This document shows positions 9,446 through 18,199 of a stretch of DNA of 32,945 bases, piece by piece. A program made the translations under genes and the position numbers. Origin of the DNA: a bacterium (GTDB lineage: Bacteria; CLD3; SB21); the NCBI GenBank assembly GCA_013360215.1, contig JABWCP010000032.1:1-32945 (forward strand). The letters are read 5' to 3'. A model generated the notes under the pieces. That model searched no databases, was not told where the DNA came from, and was given only the letters and a program-made list of their open reading frames with translations. Numbering within the stretch: the first letter of the stretch is position 1; the number at the start of each line of letters is the position of its first letter.

Positions 9446-9817
9446 TTAGGCACGCGGCGGGTGAAAAATATCGGAAGGCGTTTTTGAAATGAAAATCGGT
9501 TGCGTGAAAGAGGAAAGTATCGTCGTATAATGAAATTCGGCTATAATTATAGCCGGTCGGATATGAACCGCAATTAATGATTCGCGTTGCATTTCGCCGT
9601 TACCTTTGGTGCCGCAGCCTTCATTGCGTATCGAGCAGGCGTCCGCATCCGCTTGTGTGACATTTTTATGATCGCAGGTACATGCTTTGCCTTGCGACAA
9701 ACAGCAACACGTTTTGACGCTGCTTTCGCTAATAGCACGAAAAGCCTGCGGCAACCCTGCTGAAAATAGCGTTACGACTAAAAGAAATGCCGGTATTTTG
9801 ATTTTTAAAATACGCAT
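9446..9817 (-). CDS. Small Cys-rich protein with signal sequence and C-terminal FHPPRA; candidate DUF2946/CruR/CutF-like regulatory ORF
   Basis: 123 aa; ATG lies 1 nt after the upstream stop (TGA-T-ATG); hydrophobic N-terminus; 7 Cys (CCC, CTC, C, C); ends PSDIFHPPRA. Confidence 0.65.
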   Translation of the reverse strand: MRILKIKIPAFLLVVTLFSAGLPQAFRAISESSVKTCCCLSQGKACTCDHKNVTQADADACSIRNEGCGTKGNGEMQRESLIAVHIRPAIIIAEFHYTTILSSFTQPIFISKTPSDIFHPPRA

Positions 9818-9818
9818 A

Positions 9819-10328
9819 TCACCACGGGTTTCCACGAACTATCATGACGGCCAAAAAAACAATAATCAGACTGATTAGCAGATTTACGCGGCCGATCCAA
9901 GACGCCGCTTTGCGCAGTCCGGGTACCGACGGATGATCCGGGGTATCGCGCCACATACGGGTGGCTTTGGGTCCAAGCCAAAAATCATGCAAACCGCCAA
10001 GCACTAATAGCAGCATAAACAGCGTGATTTTAATTCCCAGTGTGTGCCCGAAATGGCTGTCATAAAATTCGGATTTAAAAAAATCACCCCAGGAATACCC
10101 TCGGGCAAATACATTATATAAACCGGTAGTGAGCAGCAAACCAAATACGATCCAGCCCCAAAAACGAAAACGTTCTCCGGCCCATAATACGATTTTCGGT
10201 GCCACATTTTTATAATCCGGATTGCGGAGAAGCGGAACAAACACAATCACAAAAAAAATCAAACCGCCCACCCAAATCATGGCACAAAGAATATGCAGAA
10301 ATACGGATATAAAATAACCGGTCAACAT
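9819..10328 (-). CDS. CopD/DUF4149-like membrane protein
   Basis: 169 aa, four TM helices, LH..CA..WVGG and LHDF..GP motifs; begins 3 nt after the nosY stop. Confidence 0.7.
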   Translation of the reverse strand: MLTGYFISVFLHILCAMIWVGGLIFFVIVFVPLLRNPDYKNVAPKIVLWAGERFRFWGWIVFGLLLTTGLYNVFARGYSWGDFFKSEFYDSHFGHTLGIKITLFMLLLVLGGLHDFWLGPKATRMWRDTPDHPSVPGLRKAASWIGRVNLLISLIIVFLAVMIVRGNPW

Positions 10329-10331
10329 GAT

Positions 10332-11123
10332 TTAGAAATCCTTTTTTAAAAAGTGTCGCTTGGCAACAAATAACGGTATCACAGCCCATCCTACCAAGGC
10401 CGCCAAAGATACAATAACACCGAGAGAACCGCCAAAGAATTTTTTAAACGCAGCCCCTGTATAACCCATCATCGCGGCAACATCCATTTTCATCAGTATC
10501 ATCGAGCGCGCAATATTGATGGGATTGAGCATACTGATGCCGATCAGCGGTTTTTCCAACGGATAGTCGGCGAAGGCATACACGATGTATAACACCATGC
10601 CATCAAAAAGTAACGCCAGAGCGAACCACAGGCCTAGAGCAAAACCGATGCCTTTGAGTTTGTCATCTGTGCGCATTGCAATACCAAAAGCCAGCGCGCT
10701 AAAAATCAGCGTTAGCAATAAACCTGTCCCCAGCAACATTACAGGGATTCGCCAATCCGGTATCGAGTTATAACCGAACATCAGTATCGGAACACCTGCG
10801 CCGACGACAAACCCTCCTGCCAGCGGCAGCGCCATTCCGAGATACACGCCCCAAAATAGTTTGCTGCGACGTATCGGTTGGCACAGAAGAATTTCAATAA
10901 ATTCGCGCGAGTGATATACATGCATGGCGCCGAATATCATACTTACCAGCGGTACGATAAGAAGCAAAATCTGCGTCATCGTCAGAAATACGCGACTTGC
11001 ATCCCCTTGCAATTGAAACAACCCGAAGGTCAGCACAAAGAAAAAAGCCGTGTACAAAATGATCCATTTATTACGGATCTGATCGTACCATTCGAATTTT
11101 AGTATTTTTTGGAGAGCGTCCAC
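10332..11123 (-). CDS. nosY: Nos ABC transporter permease NosY
   Basis: Six or more TM segments, SREFIEILLCQPIRR, LNPINIAR, A.MGYTGA motifs; overlaps nosF; GTG start. Confidence 0.9.
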   Translation of the reverse strand: MDALQKILKFEWYDQIRNKWIILYTAFFFVLTFGLFQLQGDASRVFLTMTQILLLIVPLVSMIFGAMHVYHSREFIEILLCQPIRRSKLFWGVYLGMALPLAGGFVVGAGVPILMFGYNSIPDWRIPVMLLGTGLLLTLIFSALAFGIAMRTDDKLKGIGFALGLWFALALLFDGMVLYIVYAFADYPLEKPLIGISMLNPINIARSMILMKMDVAAMMGYTGAAFKKFFGGSLGVIVSLAALVGWAVIPLFVAKRHFLKKDF

Positions 11124-11833
11124 AGTCCAAGTCCTTTCATCAAATGTGCGATGGATCGTTCGAGCCGTTCTTCGCCGGTCTTTTGACGCAGATCTTCGAT
11201 CGTACCTTCAAAATTGACGCACCCTTCATTTAAAAACAAAACACGATCGGTGATTTCTTCCAATTCACTCATCACATGCGACGTAATGATCACCGTGCGA
11301 CCGTTATTTTTTTCTTTGAGAATTTTATCCTTGAGTAACGTACTCGATACGGGATCAAGCCCGGCGGTGGGTTCATCCAATATCAGTACATCCGGCCGAA
11401 AAAGAAAAGCGAGGTACGCATTCACTTTTTGTTTGGTTCCGCCGGAGAGGTGTTTGAGTGCTTTACTGATTTCCCTTTCGAGCTGCAGTGAACGCATCAA
11501 CTCTTCATCGCGATCCGTAACCATATCGCGAAGATCGGCCATAAGCGATAATAGTTCGTGCACTTTCATGTTTTCGGGAAACCGCGCGGTCTGTGGCATA
11601 TATCCGATACGCCGACGGTATTCGGCATCCTGTGGTGCTATCGCTTTGCCGTCCAGCGTGATCAAACCGCTGTCGGGTGTTACCAAACCGAGTATGGATT
11701 TGATAAGCGTGGATTTGCCGGAACCGTTAGGTCCGATGATGGCTGTGACTTTTCCGGTATCAAACGAAGCGTTGACGCGATTGAGCACGCGCTGTTCGCC
11801 AAAATTTTTGATTAGTGATTGGATTGTTATCAT
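11099..11833 (-). CDS. nosF: Nos ABC transporter ATPase NosF
   Basis: Walker A GPNGSGKS, signature LSGG, Walker B LILDEP, H-loop TSH; ATGA overlap with the nosD stop. Confidence 0.92.
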   Translation of the reverse strand: MITIQSLIKNFGEQRVLNRVNASFDTGKVTAIIGPNGSGKSTLIKSILGLVTPDSGLITLDGKAIAPQDAEYRRRIGYMPQTARFPENMKVHELLSLMADLRDMVTDRDEELMRSLQLEREISKALKHLSGGTKQKVNAYLAFLFRPDVLILDEPTAGLDPVSSTLLKDKILKEKNNGRTVIITSHVMSELEEITDRVLFLNEGCVNFEGTIEDLRQKTGEERLERSIAHLMKGLGLWTLSKKY

Positions 11834-13065
11834 AAGCACCGCCCCATTTTGGGTTTGTCGTCCATGAGCGCCGCCGGTGTAAGCGACGGAATAATGCGCT
11901 CGACCAGATCGAGGGCGACGATCGTGAGGCTGCGCATGAGGATCATCGCTTCCGTATGCTGTTCGGAAATCACGGAAAAAAGACTTACGGGGCGATACGG
12001 CTCATCACCGACTCCGTCGCGATCCAGATCATAACCGCTGTAATTGGACCAATAGTTCATCGAAAACGTATTGCGGTTACTGCGCGAATTGGTCGCTACG
12101 TCAAACGCATTATTCTCAAAATCGTTTTCCGTAAAAAAATTATCTGTACAGTTTCCTAAAAGCCGCAACGCCCAGCCGTTGTGTACAAAACGGTTCCTCC
12201 GCATCGTCATACGATTGGACCCTTCCATGTGCACGCCGGCGGTATTGTTCTCGAACACATTATCACGAATATCACTGTCGGTAATATCTTTGAGCAATAT
12301 CCCATACGATGCCGGACCCCAGTTACGGCGAAATGTATTACCGTACATCGCAATATACCGTGTGTACATCACGGCCACACCGGCCGAGTTTTCTTCAAAT
12401 GTATTACCCGTGTATGTACAACTGTCAGAAAACATGAAATGCAGCCCGTAGCGCAGATTACCTAAACTGTGATTATTGCGAATGATGCTGGATTTGACAA
12501 ATTCGAAATAAATACCGTCACGATGTCCGTTGATAGCATTATTTTCGATCGTGATCGCGCGGCAATACCAGAGATGAATGCCGTTACCGGACGAGGATTC
12601 TGTTTTGCCGTCGCTGGATATAAAATTATTTCGCACCAAGCAAAAACTGCTTTTGGCGAGATAGATCGCAAAAAAATTCTTTTCAAACCGATTATCTTCG
12701 ATCGTCACAAAACGTGCGTCGTTGACTTTGACGGCGGCATTTTCCTGCGTGTAACTTATACCTGCACGGACAAATACAAATCCGCGTACAGTCACATACG
12801 ACGCTTCGATGCGCCAGATTTCCGATGTAGCGAGACCGTCCATCACGGGCCAATCCACGCCGATCAGTACGACTTGTTTTTGGATCCAAAGCGGTCCCTC
12901 GGCATAACGTCCTTTGTGAACAAAGATCGTGTCTGTATTTTTCGCCGCTTCCAATGCCGATCGCACGGACGAATACGAAAATCCTTCTCCGACGTGCAAG
13001 GCTTTGGCAAAAACCGTCGTACCCAGCATCACGGCCAACAAACTATGTATGATCCATTTTCGCAT
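11830..13065 (-). CDS. nosD: Nitrous oxide reductase maturation protein NosD
   Basis: Signal peptide, beta-helix repeats, GNGIHLW, RDGIYFEF, RYGLHFMFS, GVAVMY, NYWSNYSGYDLDRDGVGD.PY. ATG 13065 lies 1 nt after the upstream stop. Confidence 0.95.
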   Translation of the reverse strand: MRKWIIHSLLAVMLGTTVFAKALHVGEGFSYSSVRSALEAAKNTDTIFVHKGRYAEGPLWIQKQVVLIGVDWPVMDGLATSEIWRIEASYVTVRGFVFVRAGISYTQENAAVKVNDARFVTIEDNRFEKNFFAIYLAKSSFCLVRNNFISSDGKTESSSGNGIHLWYCRAITIENNAINGHRDGIYFEFVKSSIIRNNHSLGNLRYGLHFMFSDSCTYTGNTFEENSAGVAVMYTRYIAMYGNTFRRNWGPASYGILLKDITDSDIRDNVFENNTAGVHMEGSNRMTMRRNRFVHNGWALRLLGNCTDNFFTENDFENNAFDVATNSRSNRNTFSMNYWSNYSGYDLDRDGVGDEPYRPVSLFSVISEQHTEAMILMRSLTIVALDLVERIIPSLTPAALMDDKPKMGRCL

Positions 13066-13066
13066 A

Positions 13067-14443
13067 TCAGAGTTTTTCAAAATGCGCCGTAAAATGACGC
13101 AAAAATTTCGGTTCGTAGGTGATTTTATAGCCGCGCACTTTTTCTTTATTCTTTACGATTTCATCGAAAACTTCGATCACATAATCCACGTGGCTTTGCG
13201 TATATACACGTCGCGGAATCGCAAGGCGTACGAGTTCCATCGGCGAAGGAATCAATTTTCCGGACGCTTCGTATTTGCCAAACATCACTGAGCCCACTTC
13301 CACGCAACGAATACCGCCGACTTTGTAAAGTTCGCAAACAAGCGCTTGCCCGGGGTATTGATCCACGGGAATATGCGGATACAGGTCTTTGGCATTGATA
13401 TACACCGCATGACCGCCGACGGGTAGCATGATCGGTACGCCGAGCGCGTTGATTTTTTCACCGAGATACTGCGTGCTGCGAATGCGATACTTGAGATAAT
13501 CTGCGTCAAAAACTTCCTGCAAACCCACGGCCATAGCGTCCATATCACGACCGGCTAGTCCGCCGTATGTGGTAAAACCTTCGGTAATGATCAAAAGATT
13601 GGTACAAGCTGCGGCGATCGCATCGTCACGCAATGCCAGAAATCCGCCGATATTGACAAGCCCATCTTTTTTGGCGCTCATCACACAACCATCGGCAAGA
13701 TCAAACATGGCCTGCGCAATTTCTTTATATGAAAGATGCGCACACTCCGCTTCGCCATGTTTGATAAAGTATGCATTTTCTGCGACGCGGCAGGCATCTA
13801 TGATAAACAAAATTTTGTACTTCGCGCAGAGTTCACTCAAAGCACGGGCATTGGCAAGGCTCACGGGTTGGCCGCCGCCGGTATTATTGGTAACGGTCAG
13901 GATAACGGCAGCGATATTTTCAGCGTTGTATTTTTTAATCCAATACTCGACCTGTACCAAATCAATATTACCTTTGAAAGGGTGTGGCTTACCGGGCTCC
14001 AGCGCCTCGGGGATGGGGCAATCGATCGCCGTGGCGCCGGAAAATTCGATATTGGCCCGGGTTGTGTCAAAGTGCGTATTACTCAAAAAAACTTTACCTT
14101 TGCCGCCCAGATGGCCGTACAGAATGCGTTCGGCTGCGCGCCCCTGATGCGTCGGCAGAATGTGAGGATATCCGGTAAGGTCTTTGACGACGGACTCCAG
14201 ACGTTCCCAACTTTGTGCGCCGGCATAGGATTCGTCACCGCTGATCATAGCGGCCCATTGTTTATGACTCATAGCCGACGTACCGCTGTCCGTCAAAAAA
14301 TCAATCAGCACATGCTCGGATTTGAGCAAAAAAGGATTGTAGTGCGCTTGATGCAAAAGTTGTTGACGTTCCTCTTCGCTCGTCATATAAATGGGTTCAA
14401 CCATTTTGATACGAAAAGGTTCAATAATAACATTGTGTTTCAT
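13067..14443 (-). CDS. tnaA: Tryptophanase (tryptophan indole-lyase; PLP beta-eliminating lyase)
   Basis: 458 aa; EPFRIKMVE, IDFLTDSGT, GDESYAG, THQGRAAE, PLP lysine motif MSAKKDG, RLAIPRRVYT. FDTT and LRHFTA match tryptophanase rather than tyrosine phenol-lyase (FTTT, LRFFTA). Confidence 0.88.
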   Translation of the reverse strand: MKHNVIIEPFRIKMVEPIYMTSEEERQQLLHQAHYNPFLLKSEHVLIDFLTDSGTSAMSHKQWAAMISGDESYAGAQSWERLESVVKDLTGYPHILPTHQGRAAERILYGHLGGKGKVFLSNTHFDTTRANIEFSGATAIDCPIPEALEPGKPHPFKGNIDLVQVEYWIKKYNAENIAAVILTVTNNTGGGQPVSLANARALSELCAKYKILFIIDACRVAENAYFIKHGEAECAHLSYKEIAQAMFDLADGCVMSAKKDGLVNIGGFLALRDDAIAAACTNLLIITEGFTTYGGLAGRDMDAMAVGLQEVFDADYLKYRIRSTQYLGEKINALGVPIMLPVGGHAVYINAKDLYPHIPVDQYPGQALVCELYKVGGIRCVEVGSVMFGKYEASGKLIPSPMELVRLAIPRRVYTQSHVDYVIEVFDEIVKNKEKVRGYKITYEPKFLRHFTAHFEKL

Positions 14444-14526
14444 TGTCGTTTTCCTGATAGTTTTTCGGTTACAATGGACACAATATAAATTTTCATGCTT
14501 CTTTTTTTTCTGACAAAAGTCATATT

Positions 14527-14985
14527 TTAAAAACGATTTTCTTTTTCTATGTAAGCTTTGAGTTGTTCCCAACTCATAATGTCGCCGCTGTTTTCTTTCT
14601 GTGCATTTTCGACGGCTATATTCCCGTTATAAGCGGAGAGAAACAAACCCATCGGGCTGGGTCTTTTTTCGCTGCGCAGATAGCGCGCATCTTTGGCCGG
14701 AATAAACGTTTCGGGCTGATCAAAGGTCGTCACCCAGATCGTACCTTGATCGTTGGCTGATTTTTGTTGATGATAATACTTCACCAAACATTCGATGGAA
14801 TCAAATTTGTAAATTTTTCCTTTTTCGGTTACCCACTCGCTGCCAAAACGGCGATCCGTAATGCCCATACGGCAATGGGCGCACTCGTCTTGTCCATAGG
14901 CGATGGGTTCGGGCCCGGACGTACAAGACCATACCAGTAATGATAACAGGCTAAGCAGCGCCGGGAATCGGTTTGACCGCAACAT
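14527..14985 (-). CDS. nosL: Copper chaperone lipoprotein NosL
   Basis: GGAGG RBS before ATG 14985; lipobox LVWSC; CAHCRM, FDSIECL and SPMG motifs. Confidence 0.92.
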   Translation of the reverse strand: MLRSNRFPALLSLLSLLVWSCTSGPEPIAYGQDECAHCRMGITDRRFGSEWVTEKGKIYKFDSIECLVKYYHQQKSANDQGTIWVTTFDQPETFIPAKDARYLRSEKRPSPMGLFLSAYNGNIAVENAQKENSGDIMSWEQLKAYIEKENRF

Positions 14986-15577
14986 GGTTTTTTTCCTCCG
15001 TGATGGACGTGTTTTTACGTGATACGAAAAGAACATACAACGTGATCAAAAATGATAATCCTGCCAGAATGCCTCCGATACTCGGTAGCGATGTCGTATG
15101 CATATTCAGAAGCTGTTTGCTTCCGATAAGCGGCGGTTGATAGCTCATACCGGGAATTTTGATCGCCGCATGCGGGTTGAGATTATGACCGTAGTCGTAT
15201 TCCCACAAATAAAAATCCACCAAACCTGCGATCAAAATCGCCAAAAATAAAAACGCCCATACGCCAAGGATTTTTCGTTTTCCAATCCACGCCGCTAAAA
15301 GCCCCGTTAGAATCAAAAAACCTACAAAATAGGGCATGATTTTAAGTTCGGGTATGGATTCGGGCGTAATTTCTTTCATGCCGATATAGTGATTGAGACC
15401 ATTGATAGTTCTGAGGTCGTGCTGATTTTCGCCGCTGATTTTATTGACCCAAATATAGAGACCGAGCCCTTCGGGATATTGCGGCGCATCAAGCGTGATT
15501 TTCCAAAGCGGCGTAAAATATATACCGGTCAGTATAAGCGAAGCCACCGCAATCAGTATTTTTTGTCGTTTATTCAT
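14951..15577 (-). CDS. nosB: Clade II nos membrane protein NosB
   Basis: PLWKITLDAPQYPEGL, INGLNHYIGM, DFYLWEYDYGHNL.P.A.IK.PGM.YQPPLIG.KQLLN; four TM helices; directly downstream of nosZ. Confidence 0.88.
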   Translation of the reverse strand: MNKRQKILIAVASLILTGIYFTPLWKITLDAPQYPEGLGLYIWVNKISGENQHDLRTINGLNHYIGMKEITPESIPELKIMPYFVGFLILTGLLAAWIGKRKILGVWAFLFLAILIAGLVDFYLWEYDYGHNLNPHAAIKIPGMSYQPPLIGSKQLLNMHTTSLPSIGGILAGLSFLITLYVLFVSRKNTSITEEKNHVAVKPIPGAA

Positions 15578-15589
15578 AACACACCTTAC

Positions 15590-15624
15590 AAAGAAAATAA
15601 AGGGGAGGTTTTTTGAGCCTCCCC
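15590..15624 (-). terminator. Intrinsic terminator/attenuator between nosZ and nosB
   Basis: Minus strand GGGGAGG-ctcaaaaaa-CCTCCCC followed by TTTATTTTCTTT, 12 nt after the nosZ stop. Confidence 0.75.
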
Positions 15625-15636
15625 CAAAATTCAAAC

Positions 15637-17601
15637 TTATTTACCTGTGCTAAATGTCAGCGCGGTATTGGAACCGGCAGCCGAAACGCGAACGTAACCT
15701 TGCATTTCCTGATGCAATGCGGAGCAGAAATCCGTGCAATACATCGGATAAACGCCGGGTGTCTTCGGTTCCCAACGTACGGTAGCGGTTTCACCGGGCA
15801 TGATCAGAAGTTCCGCATTGTTATTGCCTTTGATGGCAAATCCGTGCGGCACATCCCAATCTTGTTCGAGATTGGTTACATGGAAATAAACCACATCACC
15901 GACCTTGACGCCTTCGATATTGTCCGGCGCAAAGTGAGAGCGCGAAGCGGTCATATACACATGCACTTCTTTGCCTTCACGAACGACTTTGGCATCTTTT
16001 TCGCTCTTGGTCGCATACTTATGTTCGTTTTTATTGATGTCAAAAATTTTGACTTCATGTTTGCGAACGAGATCCGCCGCAATACCTTGAGCATAGTGCG
16101 GTTCGCCTATCGTCGGGAAATCCGACAACATGCGCATTTTGTCGCCGCTTATATCGATCAACTGAGCGGATTGCGTGAGCTCCGGACCCGTCGGAAGATA
16201 ACGGTCTTTGGTGATTTTATTCATCGCCAATACATATTTGCCCCACGGTTGTTTACTGTCGCCGCCGGGGATCATGAGGTGACCGATCGAATAGTAGGTC
16301 GGCATGCGGTCAACGACTTCCCACGTACCGAGTTTCCATTTGACAACTTCCGATGATACGAAGTGGGACGTATACGCATAACCTTTACCGTCAAATTCGG
16401 TATGGAGCGGTCCGAGGCCCGGTTCTTGTACTTCACCGGCCAATACGGCATCGTATTTGAGAACAGGAATACCATCGCGATCGCCGTCAAACGCTTTGCC
16501 TTCGATGGCTTTGATCATCTTGCTGAAAGAAAATACGGGAATAACTGTAGCCAGCTTTCCGCCACCGACGATGTATTCGCCGGACGGATCCACGTCAGCG
16601 CCATGCGGAGATTTCGGGCAAGGCATCAGATACAACATATCGGGACAATCTTTGGGATCCAGCATCATCACTTGTTTTTTCTTTTCGGAAATCGTGGTGT
16701 GCTTATTGTCATCATAACGGTTGATATAATATTCCGAAGCCCAAGGTTTCGCTTTGCCCTGTTTGATATATTCTTCGGCTTTCTTCCAGTTTACCGCCAT
16801 GATGAAATCTTTATCATTCTGGCTGGCATTGACTTCAAGCAACGTATGCGCTTGTTCCGTATTGTACGTGGAGAAGAAGAACCATCCATGAGACGGACCT
16901 TTACCGGCATGGCTCAGATCATAGTTGAAACCCGGCACCAGTATCTGGAACGCGAGATCCATGTGGCCTTCTTTAGGATCAACTTTGACAAATGAAATCG
17001 CGCCTTTGAAATTTTGTTTGTACGAATTGATCGCTACGTCGGCTTGCGGTGTCGGCACGCTAAAACGTGTCGCCGATACGACGTACTCCGTATTGATCGT
17101 CGTGAACGGCGAAGCGTGGCTGCCGCCGCTATTGGGAATTTCGATGATTTCTTCGGTACGGAATGTACCCAAATCAATACGCGCGATACGCGGCGAATTA
17201 TTGGCATTGATAAAAAGCCAACGTCCGTCCGGAGTACCGTCGGTCATGGATAATTCAGGATGGTGGCTGTCGTCCCAGGGAATGAAGCCGTCCGTCGTCT
17301 GAAGCATACCTTTGGTTTCTTCATTGAAGCCCCAGCCGTTTTCAGGGTTTACGGCAAAAACAGGGATCGTTTTGAAAAGGCGACCGCTTGGCAGACCATA
17401 GACAGACACCTGACCACTAAAGCCGCCGGAGAGAAATGCATAGAACTCATCATAACTTCCGGGTGGAACAAACACTTTGGATGCGGCATCACCGCTACCG
17501 ATCGTTGCCTCTTTTTTTGCAGGGCACCCGATCCAGACCGCGGCTAATGCGAGCACAACCAACGACGCATAAACTATGCGTGCGGATGGTTTTCGGAACA
17601 T
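15637..17601 (-). CDS. nosZ: Nitrous oxide reductase, clade II (Sec-type, probable lipoprotein)
   Basis: GAGGAG RBS before ATG 17601; no twin-Arg motif, signal ends VWIGC. All seven CuZ His contexts (DSHH, GSHASP, PHG, GPLH, GHL, EPH) and the CuA ligands (PHGF...CTDFCSALHQEM) are present. Confidence 0.97.
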   Translation of the reverse strand: MFRKPSARIVYASLVVLALAAVWIGCPAKKEATIGSGDAASKVFVPPGSYDEFYAFLSGGFSGQVSVYGLPSGRLFKTIPVFAVNPENGWGFNEETKGMLQTTDGFIPWDDSHHPELSMTDGTPDGRWLFINANNSPRIARIDLGTFRTEEIIEIPNSGGSHASPFTTINTEYVVSATRFSVPTPQADVAINSYKQNFKGAISFVKVDPKEGHMDLAFQILVPGFNYDLSHAGKGPSHGWFFFSTYNTEQAHTLLEVNASQNDKDFIMAVNWKKAEEYIKQGKAKPWASEYYINRYDDNKHTTISEKKKQVMMLDPKDCPDMLYLMPCPKSPHGADVDPSGEYIVGGGKLATVIPVFSFSKMIKAIEGKAFDGDRDGIPVLKYDAVLAGEVQEPGLGPLHTEFDGKGYAYTSHFVSSEVVKWKLGTWEVVDRMPTYYSIGHLMIPGGDSKQPWGKYVLAMNKITKDRYLPTGPELTQSAQLIDISGDKMRMLSDFPTIGEPHYAQGIAADLVRKHEVKIFDINKNEHKYATKSEKDAKVVREGKEVHVYMTASRSHFAPDNIEGVKVGDVVYFHVTNLEQDWDVPHGFAIKGNNNAELLIMPGETATVRWEPKTPGVYPMYCTDFCSALHQEMQGYVRVSAAGSNTALTFSTGK

Positions 17602-17670
17602 AAGAGCCTCCTCGATCACTCAGATCGTTTTTTTGTTTTATGTAAACGATGGTATAAGCCATCGAAATCA

Positions 17671-18174
17671 TCACGAAGGTTTTTTCGCGTTTTCATTAGC
17701 ATGGCGCAGATACTCTAAGATGGCACGGCATTCGTCCATCGTGAGATTCTGATTGGCCATCGGAATCAAAAATTGTGCGAATAATTTTTTGGCATCCGGA
17801 TGATTCTTGATCATACCTTCCGGATTGAGCATCATATTCATCACGTATTCCGGTTTTCGGATTTTGAGTACATCCTGGAGCGGCGGGCCGACCAGTTTGG
17901 TATCCAAACGATGGCAGGCGTAGCACTTGGTTTCAAAGGCTTTTTCGCCCTTTTTGACCAGTGTCGTATTGATGGCTTCCAATTTCAGTTCCTCTTTGAC
18001 CGGGCCGATACCGTGTTCTTTTTCAAATGCCGTCAATCCGGCATACGGGTCCGGTTTGGCAGGTTTATTGGCGGCTTCTCCCCAAGAAGCTTTGGCTTCT
18101 TCATTGGATGAACCGCAAGCTGTCATAGATATGGCGGCCGCGAAAATGGCGAGCGCTAACACATAGGATTTCAT
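17671..18174 (-). CDS. Monoheme class I cytochrome c lipoprotein associated with nosZ
   Basis: Lipobox MTAC; CYACH heme motif; VGPPL; distal Met in IPMANQ. Confidence 0.9.
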   Translation of the reverse strand: MKSYVLALAIFAAAISMTACGSSNEEAKASWGEAANKPAKPDPYAGLTAFEKEHGIGPVKEELKLEAINTTLVKKGEKAFETKCYACHRLDTKLVGPPLQDVLKIRKPEYVMNMMLNPEGMIKNHPDAKKLFAQFLIPMANQNLTMDECRAILEYLRHANENAKKPS

Positions 18175-18199
18175 GATATTTTCCTTTGAGGTTTATGAA

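Noticed and set aside
13067-14443. Tyrosine phenol-lyase as the alternative call
   Set aside because: Specificity positions read FDTT and LRHFTA (tryptophanase type), not FTTT and LRFFTA.
14440-14523. TnaC-like tryptophan-sensing leader peptide
   Set aside because: The short ORF has no Trp and no terminal Pro, and it overlaps the tnaA start instead of preceding a long spacer.
14444-14572. N-terminal extension of the tnaA ORF containing a CVHC motif
   Set aside because: It overlaps nosL and precedes the conserved tryptophanase start (MKHNVIIEPFRIK); ATG 14443 has a plausible RBS.
12469-17547. Long plus-strand ORFs opposite nosD, tnaA and nosZ (for example 12469..13092, 13736..14488, 15613..16356, 16363..16995)
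   Set aside because: Antisense shadows of well-supported genes, with no recognisable motifs.
17620-17665. Small inverted repeats between cytochrome c and nosZ (ATCGTTT/AAACGAT, CGATGG/CCATCG)
   Set aside because: Short, overlapping and weak; cannot be distinguished from chance.
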